Below are positions 34,154 to 43,107 of a stretch of 61,293 nucleotides of DNA, in pieces. The DNA lies in assembly GCA_002773615.1 (NCBI GenBank), contig PFAP01000031.1:1-61293 (forward strand), in the 5' to 3' direction. The position numbers and the translations under genes are program-made. Each line of letters starts with the position of its first letter. Position 1 is the stretch's first letter. Below the pieces are notes generated by a model, which made no database searches, was not told the origin of the DNA, and saw only the letters and a list, made by a program, of their open reading frames with translations. The DNA comes from Candidatus Falkowbacteria bacterium CG10_big_fil_rev_8_21_14_0_10_39_11 (GTDB lineage Bacteria; Patescibacteriota; Patescibacteriia; UBA11705).

Positions 34154-37100
34154 ATGTCTCAAGAAAAAATTTCTTCGTCACGATCAGAAGTCAAAAGACA
34201 ATGCCCGGAAATTATTCCAGCCAAAGAAATCAATGTCGAACCCGGCACACTAATTTTATTAGTCGGTCCACCAGCCTCCGGCAAAAGTACTTTTGCGGCC
34301 GAGCATTTTCCGGTGGAATGTGTTGTTTCTAGTGATTATCTGCGCTCTGAGCTGACCAACAATCCGGGCAATCATATTTTATCTGACTTGGCCTTTGCTC
34401 GCGCCGGTCAACTGGTAGCTTCCAGAATGAAGCAGGGTCGAGTGACTGTGGTTGACGCCATGAATCTCAGACCCAATGCCCGCAAAGCATTTATCAAGTT
34501 TGCTGCAAAAAATAACCGACCGGTCATTGGGGTTCATTTTGATTTTGATCCAGCTGTATTACAGGCCAGAGATTTAGCTCGAGGCGGTAAAGTGGGTGAA
34601 AAAGCGATTGGACGCCGAGCCGGCAAAACCGCTGATATTATCATGCTTCAAAATGATAAAAATCTTGATGAATTGTATGTTGTCGATCAGCCTGACCAAG
34701 AGGTGACTGTTAATCTACCGAAGGCAGAACAAGCGTTATTTGAAACAGAAAAGGATTTTTATTTTGTCGCCACTAAAGCTGAAACTGATTTTTTTGAATA
34801 TGGCCGCCGGTATAAAGAACGCTTGAAAGATGAATCTTTACCAAGATTGGAAGTCCAGTCTGACTCAGTCAATTTTATTACCGACAGCCCGGAAGCAAGA
34901 ACGTTTTTACAAAACAATACCATTCCGACTCAAGTTATTGATTTGGAATTTTTAGTCAAACGTTTTGCTGTCCCCATTGATGATCCTTTGGTCATCAAGA
35001 CAGCTGAACGATTTTTACGTCATCGCTATGAATTAAATTTAGTAACCTTTGTATTGGTTTCAGATAAGACGTCTGAGATAGCTGCTCAGTTAAAAGAAAT
35101 CGCCGGAACTAATTTTGAGCATACCCAGTCAGTTGACATGGACTCTGAGCAGCTAAAAAAAGCGGTTATATCCATCGACAGAGGTGAATTAAAAGATGAG
35201 CCACTATTGATTCTCGGTGACATTCATGGCAGTCTCCAAGCGATGCAAAAAATGCGTCAGGAAGTGATTTTAGAAAAAAAAGATTTCCCAGATTTAGTTG
35301 AACGCAAAATGGTTCTTGTAGGTGATGTTCCGGATCGCGGGCCCTTCAACGCACAATCATTGCTTTATGCTGCCAATCTGGTCAAGCGGGGCAAAGCTGA
35401 ATGGATTCTTGGCAATCATGATGAAAATGTTCGGATCGGATTGCAGATTGTTTGGGATAAATTCTCCGAATCTGATAAAGATTGGGCTACTTGGATCAAG
35501 GAGGATTTCAAGGAAAGCATGCTGCGGGCAGAAGTTCGTTCCCGGGCCACCAGACAATCTATCAAAGAGTTAATTGAAATAATTGATATCTATGCCAAGG
35601 GTACAATGAAAAAACAAAGTCGTAGGCCTAGAATTAGTAAAAATGCTTTCAAAGAATTACTTGATACGATGAATGCTGCGCCCATTTACAAAGAATGGCG
35701 TCATTTGGTAGCGGTTCATGCTTCACTGCCGCATATCCCCAAGGAAGATGAAGAACTTGATGACAAACAAAAGATGATCATGACTCATGGCAAGAAAATG
35801 TGGTTGGGTCCGTCTCAAGAAAATCTCAAATTACGAACCACTACCGCCACCAATCCGGATATAATTGTTGTCGGCGGTCATACTCATGATCGCGAAGTTA
35901 CCATTGATTATCGTTCTGGCACCGTTGGTCTGGACGTTACCGGACCGACTTTACATGCTTTGAAATACCCGGAAATGGAAGTGATCAAACATGACGAGCC
36001 TCATCTGGTGGAGCTGTTTGAAATGGCCAAAAATCCAGAACTGCCCAGTGGTGAAAAACTCTGGCAGCTGGTAAACTTTTTTGAAGACCAGCTTATGCTC
36101 AAACTCAATTCCGGCAAGCGGAATAGCGAGTATGAAGGCCTGACCATTATTAGCTATCATGAATTAACAGAAGTTAACAGTACTTGGGAAAAATTCCCCG
36201 TGCTCAGAAACTTTCGCGGTTTGATTATTGATCGTAAGGGAAACATCGTTGCTCGTCCGTTCAAAAAAACCCACAAAACCGGTATTGAGATTTCTTTGGA
36301 TCAATTGGATTTTAAACCGGAAAAAGTGTTTGAAAAGGTTAATGGTTCCATGGGAATTTGTTATTTTCATGGAGGGCAGTGGCGAATAGCTACCAAATTT
36401 AGCTTTCACAACCCCGGCTACACCGTGCCGGCCACCGAAATGCTGGAACAGATGAATACTAACGCCCTGGATAAAAACAATACGTATTTATTTGAAATTA
36501 TTTTGCCCGAAGACCCGCATGTTGTTGACTATGAGGGGCGCAAGGAATTGGTCTTGTTAAATTCAAATATCACCGCGACCGGCGCAGATTTACCCTGGCA
36601 AAAGGTGGCCGATACGGCCAAAGCCCTTGGCTGTCGGACCGCATATGATTTGACCGATCAATTTGAAGACCTGACAATTGCTGAGATTTATCAAAAAGCT
36701 CAGACCGAGGGAGAATTGCACAATTTAGAAGGTTTGATGGCTATTTATCATGATCATGATACCGGAGAGCAAGTCACGGTCAAAGTAAAAGCCATAGAAT
36801 ATGACAACAAAAAATTTGTCCGCGATCGCATGAAGTGGGACAAACTGCTTGATCGTTTTGACTGGGAAAAACTTGAAATGTCAGATGATGACAAGGATTT
36901 GTTTATGTCTTACAAACGCGACAGTGAGTTTGTTGTTGCCGCATTGGAGACCAGATTGGAATGGATTAGAGATCAGGTAAAGTCAATCATCGAAAATTTC
37001 ATTGGTCAGTACAAAGATATAATCAAAGCCAGCCAATTGCGATATTTAACGTATATTAGAAATGGTGAATCTCAAGCAGATGCTATCACGAAATCAGTCA

Positions 37101-37300
37101 ATGATGCGTTGGTGATGTACCGATCGGCCGGCGGTAAAATGGATAAAGAAGATAAAGGGGTTCTATTGTCTTTTATCCGGAGTATTCGTGGCGGCCAGAA
37201 TCGCATGATGATCGCATACGCCAAAAAGAAAATTACGACCAGAATTCAAACAGAAACAGCCAAACGCGGCCAGGCGTCATTCTGGTTGCTCCCAGAATAA
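34154..37300 (+). CDS. Pnkp-like RNA repair fusion: P-loop polynucleotide kinase + calcineurin-like phosphatase + ATP-dependent RNA ligase
   Basis: Kinase: GPPASGKST and VVDAMNL. Phosphatase: GDIHG, GDVPDRGP, GNHDEN and GGHTH. Ligase: EKVNGSMG (motif I), YLFEIILPED, LVLLN and VTVKVKAIEYD. Confidence 0.75.
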   Translation: MSQEKISSSRSEVKRQCPEIIPAKEINVEPGTLILLVGPPASGKSTFAAEHFPVECVVSSDYLRSELTNNPGNHILSDLAFARAGQLVASRMKQGRVTVVDAMNLRPNARKAFIKFAAKNNRPVIGVHFDFDPAVLQARDLARGGKVGEKAIGRRAGKTADIIMLQNDKNLDELYVVDQPDQEVTVNLPKAEQALFETEKDFYFVATKAETDFFEYGRRYKERLKDESLPRLEVQSDSVNFITDSPEARTFLQNNTIPTQVIDLEFLVKRFAVPIDDPLVIKTAERFLRHRYELNLVTFVLVSDKTSEIAAQLKEIAGTNFEHTQSVDMDSEQLKKAVISIDRGELKDEPLLILGDIHGSLQAMQKMRQEVILEKKDFPDLVERKMVLVGDVPDRGPFNAQSLLYAANLVKRGKAEWILGNHDENVRIGLQIVWDKFSESDKDWATWIKEDFKESMLRAEVRSRATRQSIKELIEIIDIYAKGTMKKQSRRPRISKNAFKELLDTMNAAPIYKEWRHLVAVHASLPHIPKEDEELDDKQKMIMTHGKKMWLGPSQENLKLRTTTATNPDIIVVGGHTHDREVTIDYRSGTVGLDVTGPTLHALKYPEMEVIKHDEPHLVELFEMAKNPELPSGEKLWQLVNFFEDQLMLKLNSGKRNSEYEGLTIISYHELTEVNSTWEKFPVLRNFRGLIIDRKGNIVARPFKKTHKTGIEISLDQLDFKPEKVFEKVNGSMGICYFHGGQWRIATKFSFHNPGYTVPATEMLEQMNTNALDKNNTYLFEIILPEDPHVVDYEGRKELVLLNSNITATGADLPWQKVADTAKALGCRTAYDLTDQFEDLTIAEIYQKAQTEGELHNLEGLMAIYHDHDTGEQVTVKVKAIEYDNKKFVRDRMKWDKLLDRFDWEKLEMSDDDKDLFMSYKRDSEFVVAALETRLEWIRDQVKSIIENFIGQYKDIIKASQLRYLTYIRNGESQADAITKSVNDALVMYRSAGGKMDKEDKGVLLSFIRSIRGGQNRMMIAYAKKKITTRIQTETAKRGQASFWLLPE

Positions 37301-37314
37301 AAATTTTTGTTTGA

Positions 37315-37348
37315 GCCTGCCCGCCGAAGATTCATCGTAGGCGGGAAG
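37315..37348. repeat. REP-like GC-rich hairpin
   Basis: GCCTGCCCGCCgaagattcatcgtaGGCGGGaag. It shares CCGCCGAAG(G)A with the element at 4677. Confidence 0.55.
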
Positions 37349-37377
37349 TATGGGCAATTAAATATATTTAAAAGGTT

Positions 37378-37412
37378 AAGCGGCGATTCGTTTTACGAAT
37401 CGCCGCTTTTGT
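37378..37412. terminator. Strong bidirectional terminator between convergent genes
   Basis: A 13-bp stem AAGCGGCGATTCG-tttta-CGAATCGCCGCTT followed by TTgT. Confidence 0.75.
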
Positions 37413-37453
37413 ACTAGATTTTAAATTGTCGTACATTTTTTGTTTCCTCTCTT

Positions 37454-37801
37454 TTAGCTCTGCGCCAGCTCCCAGAACCGACGGATGTTGCGAATAGCGG
37501 CCAGCATACTGGGCTTGCCAACGCAGTTGTCGGAGTGAACCTTCAGAACTCTCGGTGGCGGGAAGTTGACATCGCAGTCCTCACCGCGGGAGAGCAGAAA
37601 GTACTGCTCCTCAAGCCAGTCGGTCACCGCCGTCCCCTTGATCTCGTCGCCCTGGTCATCCCAGAGGGCAATGTCGTGATCCAGGGAGAGCTCATCGACC
37701 GTACCGGTCTTGAGCATCTCGATCACCTCAGCCGGCGTACGGACGAGCAGCCAACCGACTGGCGGCTTACGGACATCGTCCAGAAAGATCTTGATTCCCA
37801 T
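37454..37801 (-). CDS. GC-rich cREC-like (cyclic-phosphate-processing receiver-like) domain protein
   Basis: KIFLDDVRKPPVGWLLVRTPAEVIEMLKTGTVDELSLDHDI ... VLKVHSDNCVGKPSMLAAIRNI fits the family pattern as I remember it. Hand-counted 58-63% G+C. Confidence 0.6.
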   Translation of the reverse strand: MGIKIFLDDVRKPPVGWLLVRTPAEVIEMLKTGTVDELSLDHDIALWDDQGDEIKGTAVTDWLEEQYFLLSRGEDCDVNFPPPRVLKVHSDNCVGKPSMLAAIRNIRRFWELAQS

Positions 37802-37879
37802 TTGATTGTCCTTTCCATTTGAGTGATGGGGTTGGTGGTTGAGAAAATAAATTGCAATTATCTGAATAGGGAATTGATA

Positions 37880-37908
37880 ATTATACTACATTTTTATAAA
37901 AATGTCAA
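37880..37908 (-). promoter_or_regulatory. Perfect consensus sigma70 promoter TTGACA-17-TATAAT (minus strand)
   Basis: The reverse complement of 37880-37908 reads TTGACAtttttataaaaatgtagTATAAT. SD site GGAAAGGA precedes the ATG. Confidence 0.65.
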
Positions 37909-37977
37909 CGACTCAGTGGCACTAAGTGGCGTTTATTATGTAAAATAAAATAAAAAAGACTATGTTTATAGTCTAGT

Positions 37978-38712
37978 TTAAGTAGTTTTCAGTCCAATTA
38001 GCATAGATTCTGATTCCACTGTAAAGTCAAATTCTTGTCTTGGTAGGGTATTGTCAGAGGTTTGATTGGGAACGAAAAGATCAAGTTTCTCAAGCAATTC
38101 TTTTCGGTTCAAGACCAGCAAGTGACACAGTTTGTTGAAATTAACTTCTTCGTCACAACTCATAGAATTAATGAAATTTAGATAAACCAGACATTCAATT
38201 ACAGTCGCATCAAATTCCATCCGTCGAACTTTATATTCTTCTTCTTTACAACCTTTCATTTTCTCTTGCACCCAGCTGGCAACGTCAGGATTCAATTGCT
38301 TGATAGCAAGAATATCACGTAATCCAATCAGTTGTCTCTGATCACTTTCAAACAGATAAAGCTGAACAATGTGACGCGCTTCGTGAAATATAACTTCCCA
38401 CAGAGCGAGAAAAAATTCTTTGGCTGAGATTTTATGATATAAATCCTGCAAATCTGCAGTATCCGTATCCAGAATTAAAAAATATTTTGCGACTTTTTCT
38501 CCGGTCGTCTTATCGATTGCTCTAACTTTAGTCACAGACGCTACCGATGTATATTTGGGCCTATTTTCTGGCTGGATATTCAAGTCTTTGATATTACCAA
38601 CAATGGCCTGAGGTGGTTCAACCATAAAAAGAGCGCAAATATTAAGAAAATTTTCTATAATAAACCGATAAACGTTAATTTTACCATTTTCCGGTTTGTA
38701 ATAGCCGTACAT
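37978..38712 (-). CDS. Hypothetical protein with an HExxH motif (possible metallopeptidase-like)
   Basis: FHEARHIVQ. The start is set at the Met preceded by AAGGAGAA (38712), because the longer track start would overlap the TrmH promoter. Confidence 0.5.
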   Translation of the reverse strand: MYGYYKPENGKINVYRFIIENFLNICALFMVEPPQAIVGNIKDLNIQPENRPKYTSVASVTKVRAIDKTTGEKVAKYFLILDTDTADLQDLYHKISAKEFFLALWEVIFHEARHIVQLYLFESDQRQLIGLRDILAIKQLNPDVASWVQEKMKGCKEEEYKVRRMEFDATVIECLVYLNFINSMSCDEEVNFNKLCHLLVLNRKELLEKLDLFVPNQTSDNTLPRQEFDFTVESESMLIGLKTT

Positions 38713-38818
38713 GTTTTCTCCTTTAGTGATGAGCGACGTTGAAGTATATCCATTTTTTTGTAATTTGTCAATGAGACAAAATTTCATTATTTGACTGTTT
38801 TTTGATATAATAATTCAT

Positions 38819-39568
38819 ATGAAAACAATAAATTCTACATCAAATTCAGTTGTCAAAGAAGTCAAAAAACTGCAACAAAAAAAATATCGGCAGGAAACCG
38901 GTTTGTTTGTCGTGGAAAATTTTAAAATCATCAGTGATGCTTTTAATTCTGGTTACATTCCAGTCAAAATATTTGTTACATCTGATTTTATCAAAAAAAA
39001 TCCGGAAATTGATTCAATAATTGGTAAAGTGGGGGAGGGGTATGAGATAGATGATAAAGTTAATAAATCAATCTCAAATTTGGATTCACCGGCTGGGATA
39101 TTAGCCGTATATTCTCAAATACCGGAAAAGTTTGACTCAGCAGTCAATTCTTTATACTTGAACGCCATCAGTGACCCGGGCAACCTTGGAACATTACTTC
39201 GCAGCGCAGTCGCTTTTGATTTCCATAATGTAATTTTAGACTCAGGCTGCGTTGACCTGTACAATCCCAAAGTTATTCACGCCGCCAAGGACGCGGTTTT
39301 CAAATTGAACTTTTCTTTCTCCAAACAATTGTCTGACTTAAAAGATGATTATGTTATTGTCAGTACGCCGGTTCATGATGGTGGGCGATTTGTTGCAGCC
39401 ACAAAGCCGGTTTGTCTTGTTCTCGGCAGTGAATCTCATGGCGTTGACTCCGAGCTTGAATTGTTAGCCGACCAAAAAGTCACTATAAAAACTTCCGGCC
39501 AAATTGAGTCTTTGAATGTTGCTATGGCCGGAGCTATTATCATGGAGAAGATATTTAATTTTAAATAA
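38819..39568 (+). CDS. TrmH/SpoU-family RNA 2'-O-methyltransferase (RlmB-like)
   Basis: NPGNLGTLLRSAVAF, LVLGSESHGV and IESLNVAMAGAIIM. Confidence 0.8.
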   Translation: MKTINSTSNSVVKEVKKLQQKKYRQETGLFVVENFKIISDAFNSGYIPVKIFVTSDFIKKNPEIDSIIGKVGEGYEIDDKVNKSISNLDSPAGILAVYSQIPEKFDSAVNSLYLNAISDPGNLGTLLRSAVAFDFHNVILDSGCVDLYNPKVIHAAKDAVFKLNFSFSKQLSDLKDDYVIVSTPVHDGGRFVAATKPVCLVLGSESHGVDSELELLADQKVTIKTSGQIESLNVAMAGAIIMEKIFNFK

Positions 39569-39654
39569 ATCATGTATGTTTGAACAACCAAGTGCTCCAA
39601 CTAAAGAAGTACCGCCAGAATTGATTAAGAAAATCACCGCCCTGCAAGCAGATT

Positions 39655-40257
39655 TTGATGCCAGATATGGTGATTCAGCTTGAAGCTGACCAAATATGGC
39701 GAGGTGATTATTTTGACAGTCTAGAATTTACTGAAAAGTTCCTAGATATTTTTGATGCAATTGAAACAGAAGCTACTGAGATTCCTGGAGGGAATGGTTA
39801 TATATTCAATGACTCCATAAAATTAGTAAATAATAAAATGGTTATTTTGAAGCGAGAATCTGATCCATATCATGATCATGGTGGTGATATTTCATTTCAC
39901 GTTTTGAACCAAGTCGAGATTGATAAAGCTAAAGAAAGGTTGGCTGATACAATAAAAAAATTTGGGGATACAATTGTAGTCCTGAAGGGTGAAATTATTG
40001 ATGCCATGAATAGGGGCGACAATTTTGAACAGTCCACCGGGTCAAAGAGGGATCATGAATCTCTGGGGGAGGATGTGTACCAACAACTAAAAGCATTGGC
40101 CAAAAAATATGATGAACTTGTCAGGGAGGGGAGCACGATTGAAAATAATCGGGTTTCTGGTGGTTCAAGATATTATATTGGCTATCGAACAGAATATGAC
40201 ATGGATGAAGAATCAGAGGCTATCAACAAAGCTCTTGGAGGTTTATATTATAACTAA
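39655..40257 (+). CDS. Hypothetical protein (start uncertain; possibly part of a disrupted longer gene)
   Basis: Track ORF. Open frames abut at both ends: 39576-39683 upstream and 40109-40498 downstream. Confidence 0.45.
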   Translation: MMPDMVIQLEADQIWRGDYFDSLEFTEKFLDIFDAIETEATEIPGGNGYIFNDSIKLVNNKMVILKRESDPYHDHGGDISFHVLNQVEIDKAKERLADTIKKFGDTIVVLKGEIIDAMNRGDNFEQSTGSKRDHESLGEDVYQQLKALAKKYDELVREGSTIENNRVSGGSRYYIGYRTEYDMDEESEAINKALGGLYYN

Positions 40258-40562
40258 CATCACTGCGTTTCAGGAGTTTGAAGTCCCTGGAGAATTTCCA
40301 GAGCAAAATGATAACATAAAAATGCTTGGGAATGGTCTGGTGCTACTCCAAAGGTTTTATCTGACTGATGACGGTGAAAATAATCCCACTTATCATTTTC
40401 TTTCTATGATCGACTCAAAAGTTGTTGCTCAACGATTGCGAAGCAAGATAGATTCGTTCAAGCAGTCAAAAGATCGGCTCGAACAAGTAAAATTGTAATT
40501 TAGTCGTCTCGTTTGAGTCGAGACATAACTCAATATTCCCAATTATCTTAATCTCAACAAAT

Positions 40563-41693
40563 ATGGAAGAGTTCCCTCAGGAACAACAAGAAAAAAAGCA
40601 GTTCGGTTTGGATGTCACTTTTGACCAATTGGCCGAAGCCTTACCTGATTTTAAAAAAATGATTGGCTTTGACCAAAAGAGCGATTATCATACTTTAACT
40701 TTGGATGTTCATACCAAGGAGTTGGTAGCAGCTTTAGAAAATGATCCATTTATTTTATCATTGGATCCAAAGTTACAGAAATTAATTCGTCTCGCTGGTT
40801 TGATGCATGATTTGGGTAAGACCACAGATATTGGCAAAAAAGGGGAGAGTGGTCGACAGATTCATCCCCAGGATCCGGAAAAAAGACGTTATGCCAACCA
40901 TGAATCTTTTAGTGCCAAGATGAGTCGCCGTATTTTGACAGAAAATTTTGATTTAAAACCCGAAGAGCTCGAATTTGTGGTCAAATTAGTTCGGATGCAC
41001 GGAGATATTATGCAGATCATGAATCATTTTATTGGCATTAAAAAAGATGAAAAAAGTAAACGCAAAAAAAGCCCCAAGACAAGTAAATATGATTTACCTG
41101 AAGGTAAAGATTTGACTTATTATGCAGAACGGATGGAACATGCAGATATGTTGCCAGTAGATTTGTCCATCAAAGATAAATTTAACATTTTATTCGCCTT
41201 TGGTCGAGCTGACAAGGGAGCCAATTATAACGAAGAGACTCGTGAACGGATGGAAAATTCATCATACGAAAATGAAAGATCCAAAATTAAGGACGTGGTT
41301 GAAAAATGTAAAGTTCAGATTGCTGCCATCAGTGAATTGGGCAAAGCCTTGCCTGCGATTGTTGATGCGGTTGAGGGAATGCAAGCTGGTGACAATGCTC
41401 GACCCAAAGTTGTTTTTCATAACGGTGAGTATGTATATGATAAAAATGTTAAAGTGGTTATTCCTGAACAATTGGGGAAAGTGCAGTCACTTGATGAAAA
41501 TCAGAAAAAAAGACTTGTTAAATCATTTATAAATTTTCAGCGCTATTTGGCCCAGGATGAGTTGGGTGCCATCAAGATGGCCAGTCATGGTTTGTTACGA
41601 AAAAATATGAAACTATCTGACGAGCAAATGGTTGATTTTCTAAAAGCGGTCGGTTTGACTGATGAACAGGTCGAAGTTGTCATTGCTAAGTAA
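40563..41693 (+). CDS. HD-domain phosphohydrolase with a C-terminal helical extension
   Basis: YHTLTLDVHT ... GLMHDLGKT ... RMHGD motifs. Confidence 0.65.
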   Translation: MEEFPQEQQEKKQFGLDVTFDQLAEALPDFKKMIGFDQKSDYHTLTLDVHTKELVAALENDPFILSLDPKLQKLIRLAGLMHDLGKTTDIGKKGESGRQIHPQDPEKRRYANHESFSAKMSRRILTENFDLKPEELEFVVKLVRMHGDIMQIMNHFIGIKKDEKSKRKKSPKTSKYDLPEGKDLTYYAERMEHADMLPVDLSIKDKFNILFAFGRADKGANYNEETRERMENSSYENERSKIKDVVEKCKVQIAAISELGKALPAIVDAVEGMQAGDNARPKVVFHNGEYVYDKNVKVVIPEQLGKVQSLDENQKKRLVKSFINFQRYLAQDELGAIKMASHGLLRKNMKLSDEQMVDFLKAVGLTDEQVEVVIAK

Positions 41694-41775
41694 TTTGCAA
41701 TTATTGCTTTTGTGTTGTAATATTATTGGAGTCCCCAAACAAACAGCTCTTTGTCTAGAGCGAGTAGGAGGTAGT

Positions 41776-42279
41776 ATGGGCCAGACTTTCAAGTCAGACT
41801 TTTTTCATGGTTTGAGTGAGGCTGACATTGCCACTGTGTTAATGTATTTTGAAGAAGCGGAATTTTTGAAGGATACGATGCTGATGACAGAAGGCGTAGC
41901 TGGCGATGAGATGATGCTCATCATGACTGGCCGAGTTTCAGTCAAGGTCCAGGGTTATTACGTTAAGAGTTTTGGCGCCGGTACGATTATGGGTGAAATT
42001 TCCCTGATTGATAATGGTGCGCGTACAGCGTCAATATTTGCTTTGACTGATGTCGCGGTACTTAAACTCACCACAACCAGCTGGTTACGATTGCAAAATG
42101 AGCAGCCGAAGATTTTTGCCAAGCTCAATTTCAATCTGAATTGCATCATGGCCCAAAAGTTCCGCAGTACAGTTCAAATGATCCATCAGCTACACGCTGA
42201 AGTTCATAAGCTAGAAGCCAAGCTTGGCGATGTTTCTTTCAAGAAGTTCAAACAGATTCTGACCAAGCCGCTGTTTTAA
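41776..42279 (+). CDS. Stand-alone cyclic-nucleotide-binding (cNMP) domain protein
   Basis: ATG at 41776 is preceded by gtaggagg. GEISLIDNGARTASIFALTDVAVLKL is a phosphate-binding-cassette-like motif. Confidence 0.7.
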   Translation: MGQTFKSDFFHGLSEADIATVLMYFEEAEFLKDTMLMTEGVAGDEMMLIMTGRVSVKVQGYYVKSFGAGTIMGEISLIDNGARTASIFALTDVAVLKLTTTSWLRLQNEQPKIFAKLNFNLNCIMAQKFRSTVQMIHQLHAEVHKLEAKLGDVSFKKFKQILTKPLF

Positions 42280-42478
42280 ACCGTCATAAAAATAGGCGGT
42301 CTTTTTATTATTGAATTTTAATGAATTGTTTGCCGTATATTTATTCAATTAGCAAGCAAGCAAAAATGAAATAATTGACCGTGAAACAGTGTTGTTCAAA
42401 CTATCAATTGGCTTACAAATTATTTTAAATGAAAATATAGTTTTATTACTTGGTGGTTTTGTGATAAAATACAATTAT

Positions 42479-42922
42479 ATGCAAAAAGGAATTTCCACCT
42501 TGGAATCAATTTTATTCGTATTATTTTTATTGGTCACATCCGGTATTGTTTTTATTATTCTCAATCCGATAATAAACGTCAGTCCAGATCCAAATGATCA
42601 AGCTTGGGCCGATGTTTTGGCCATTAGCAATGCCATTCAGGTCAACAAGATTGATTATCAGGGCCAGCTTTTGCCGACCATTAGGGATCTTGATATTAAC
42701 CGGGCTTATTTTGCGACACTAGACGGGGGCGGTGATGGTTTTTCTGATTGTACGGAAACTTTGTCAGGTATGGTAAATCTAACACAGTTGGTAGCTGGAG
42801 GGTATTTGAGTGGGCAAAATTTAATGTCCGCCGGCTACTATCTAAAGAAATCTGGTGATGATAAGGTCACGGTTGGGTCTTGTCAGGTGGGGGAGGGGGA
42901 ACGGATCGAAGTTACTCGCTAA
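42479..42922 (+). CDS. Type IV pilin-like / pseudopilin protein
   Basis: MQKG|ISTLESILFVLFLLVTSGIVFII is a prepilin-type leader with Glu at +5 and a hydrophobic helix. Confidence 0.55.
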   Translation: MQKGISTLESILFVLFLLVTSGIVFIILNPIINVSPDPNDQAWADVLAISNAIQVNKIDYQGQLLPTIRDLDINRAYFATLDGGGDGFSDCTETLSGMVNLTQLVAGGYLSGQNLMSAGYYLKKSGDDKVTVGSCQVGEGERIEVTR

Positions 42923-43107
42923 CAAAAGTGAGGGGATTTAGTTTTAAAAATTGGGATTTTACCCAGTTTATTTTTTTGCAACAAAATAGAGCATTTGTCA
43001 AACTGTGGATAACTTTTTTAGAAGTGGGGGATGTGGATAACTTTTTTGCCCGTTATGCTATTCATAATATAATGCAATTAGGAACCATTATTGATTTAAA
43101 CTATCAA

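Noticed and set aside
43040-43107. Is the AT-rich imperfect palindrome ATAATATAATGCAATTAGGAACCATTATT a Fur box upstream of the Fur-family gene?
   Set aside because: Its symmetry is poor and it does not match the GATAATGATAATCATTATC-type consensus closely enough to call in such AT-rich DNA.
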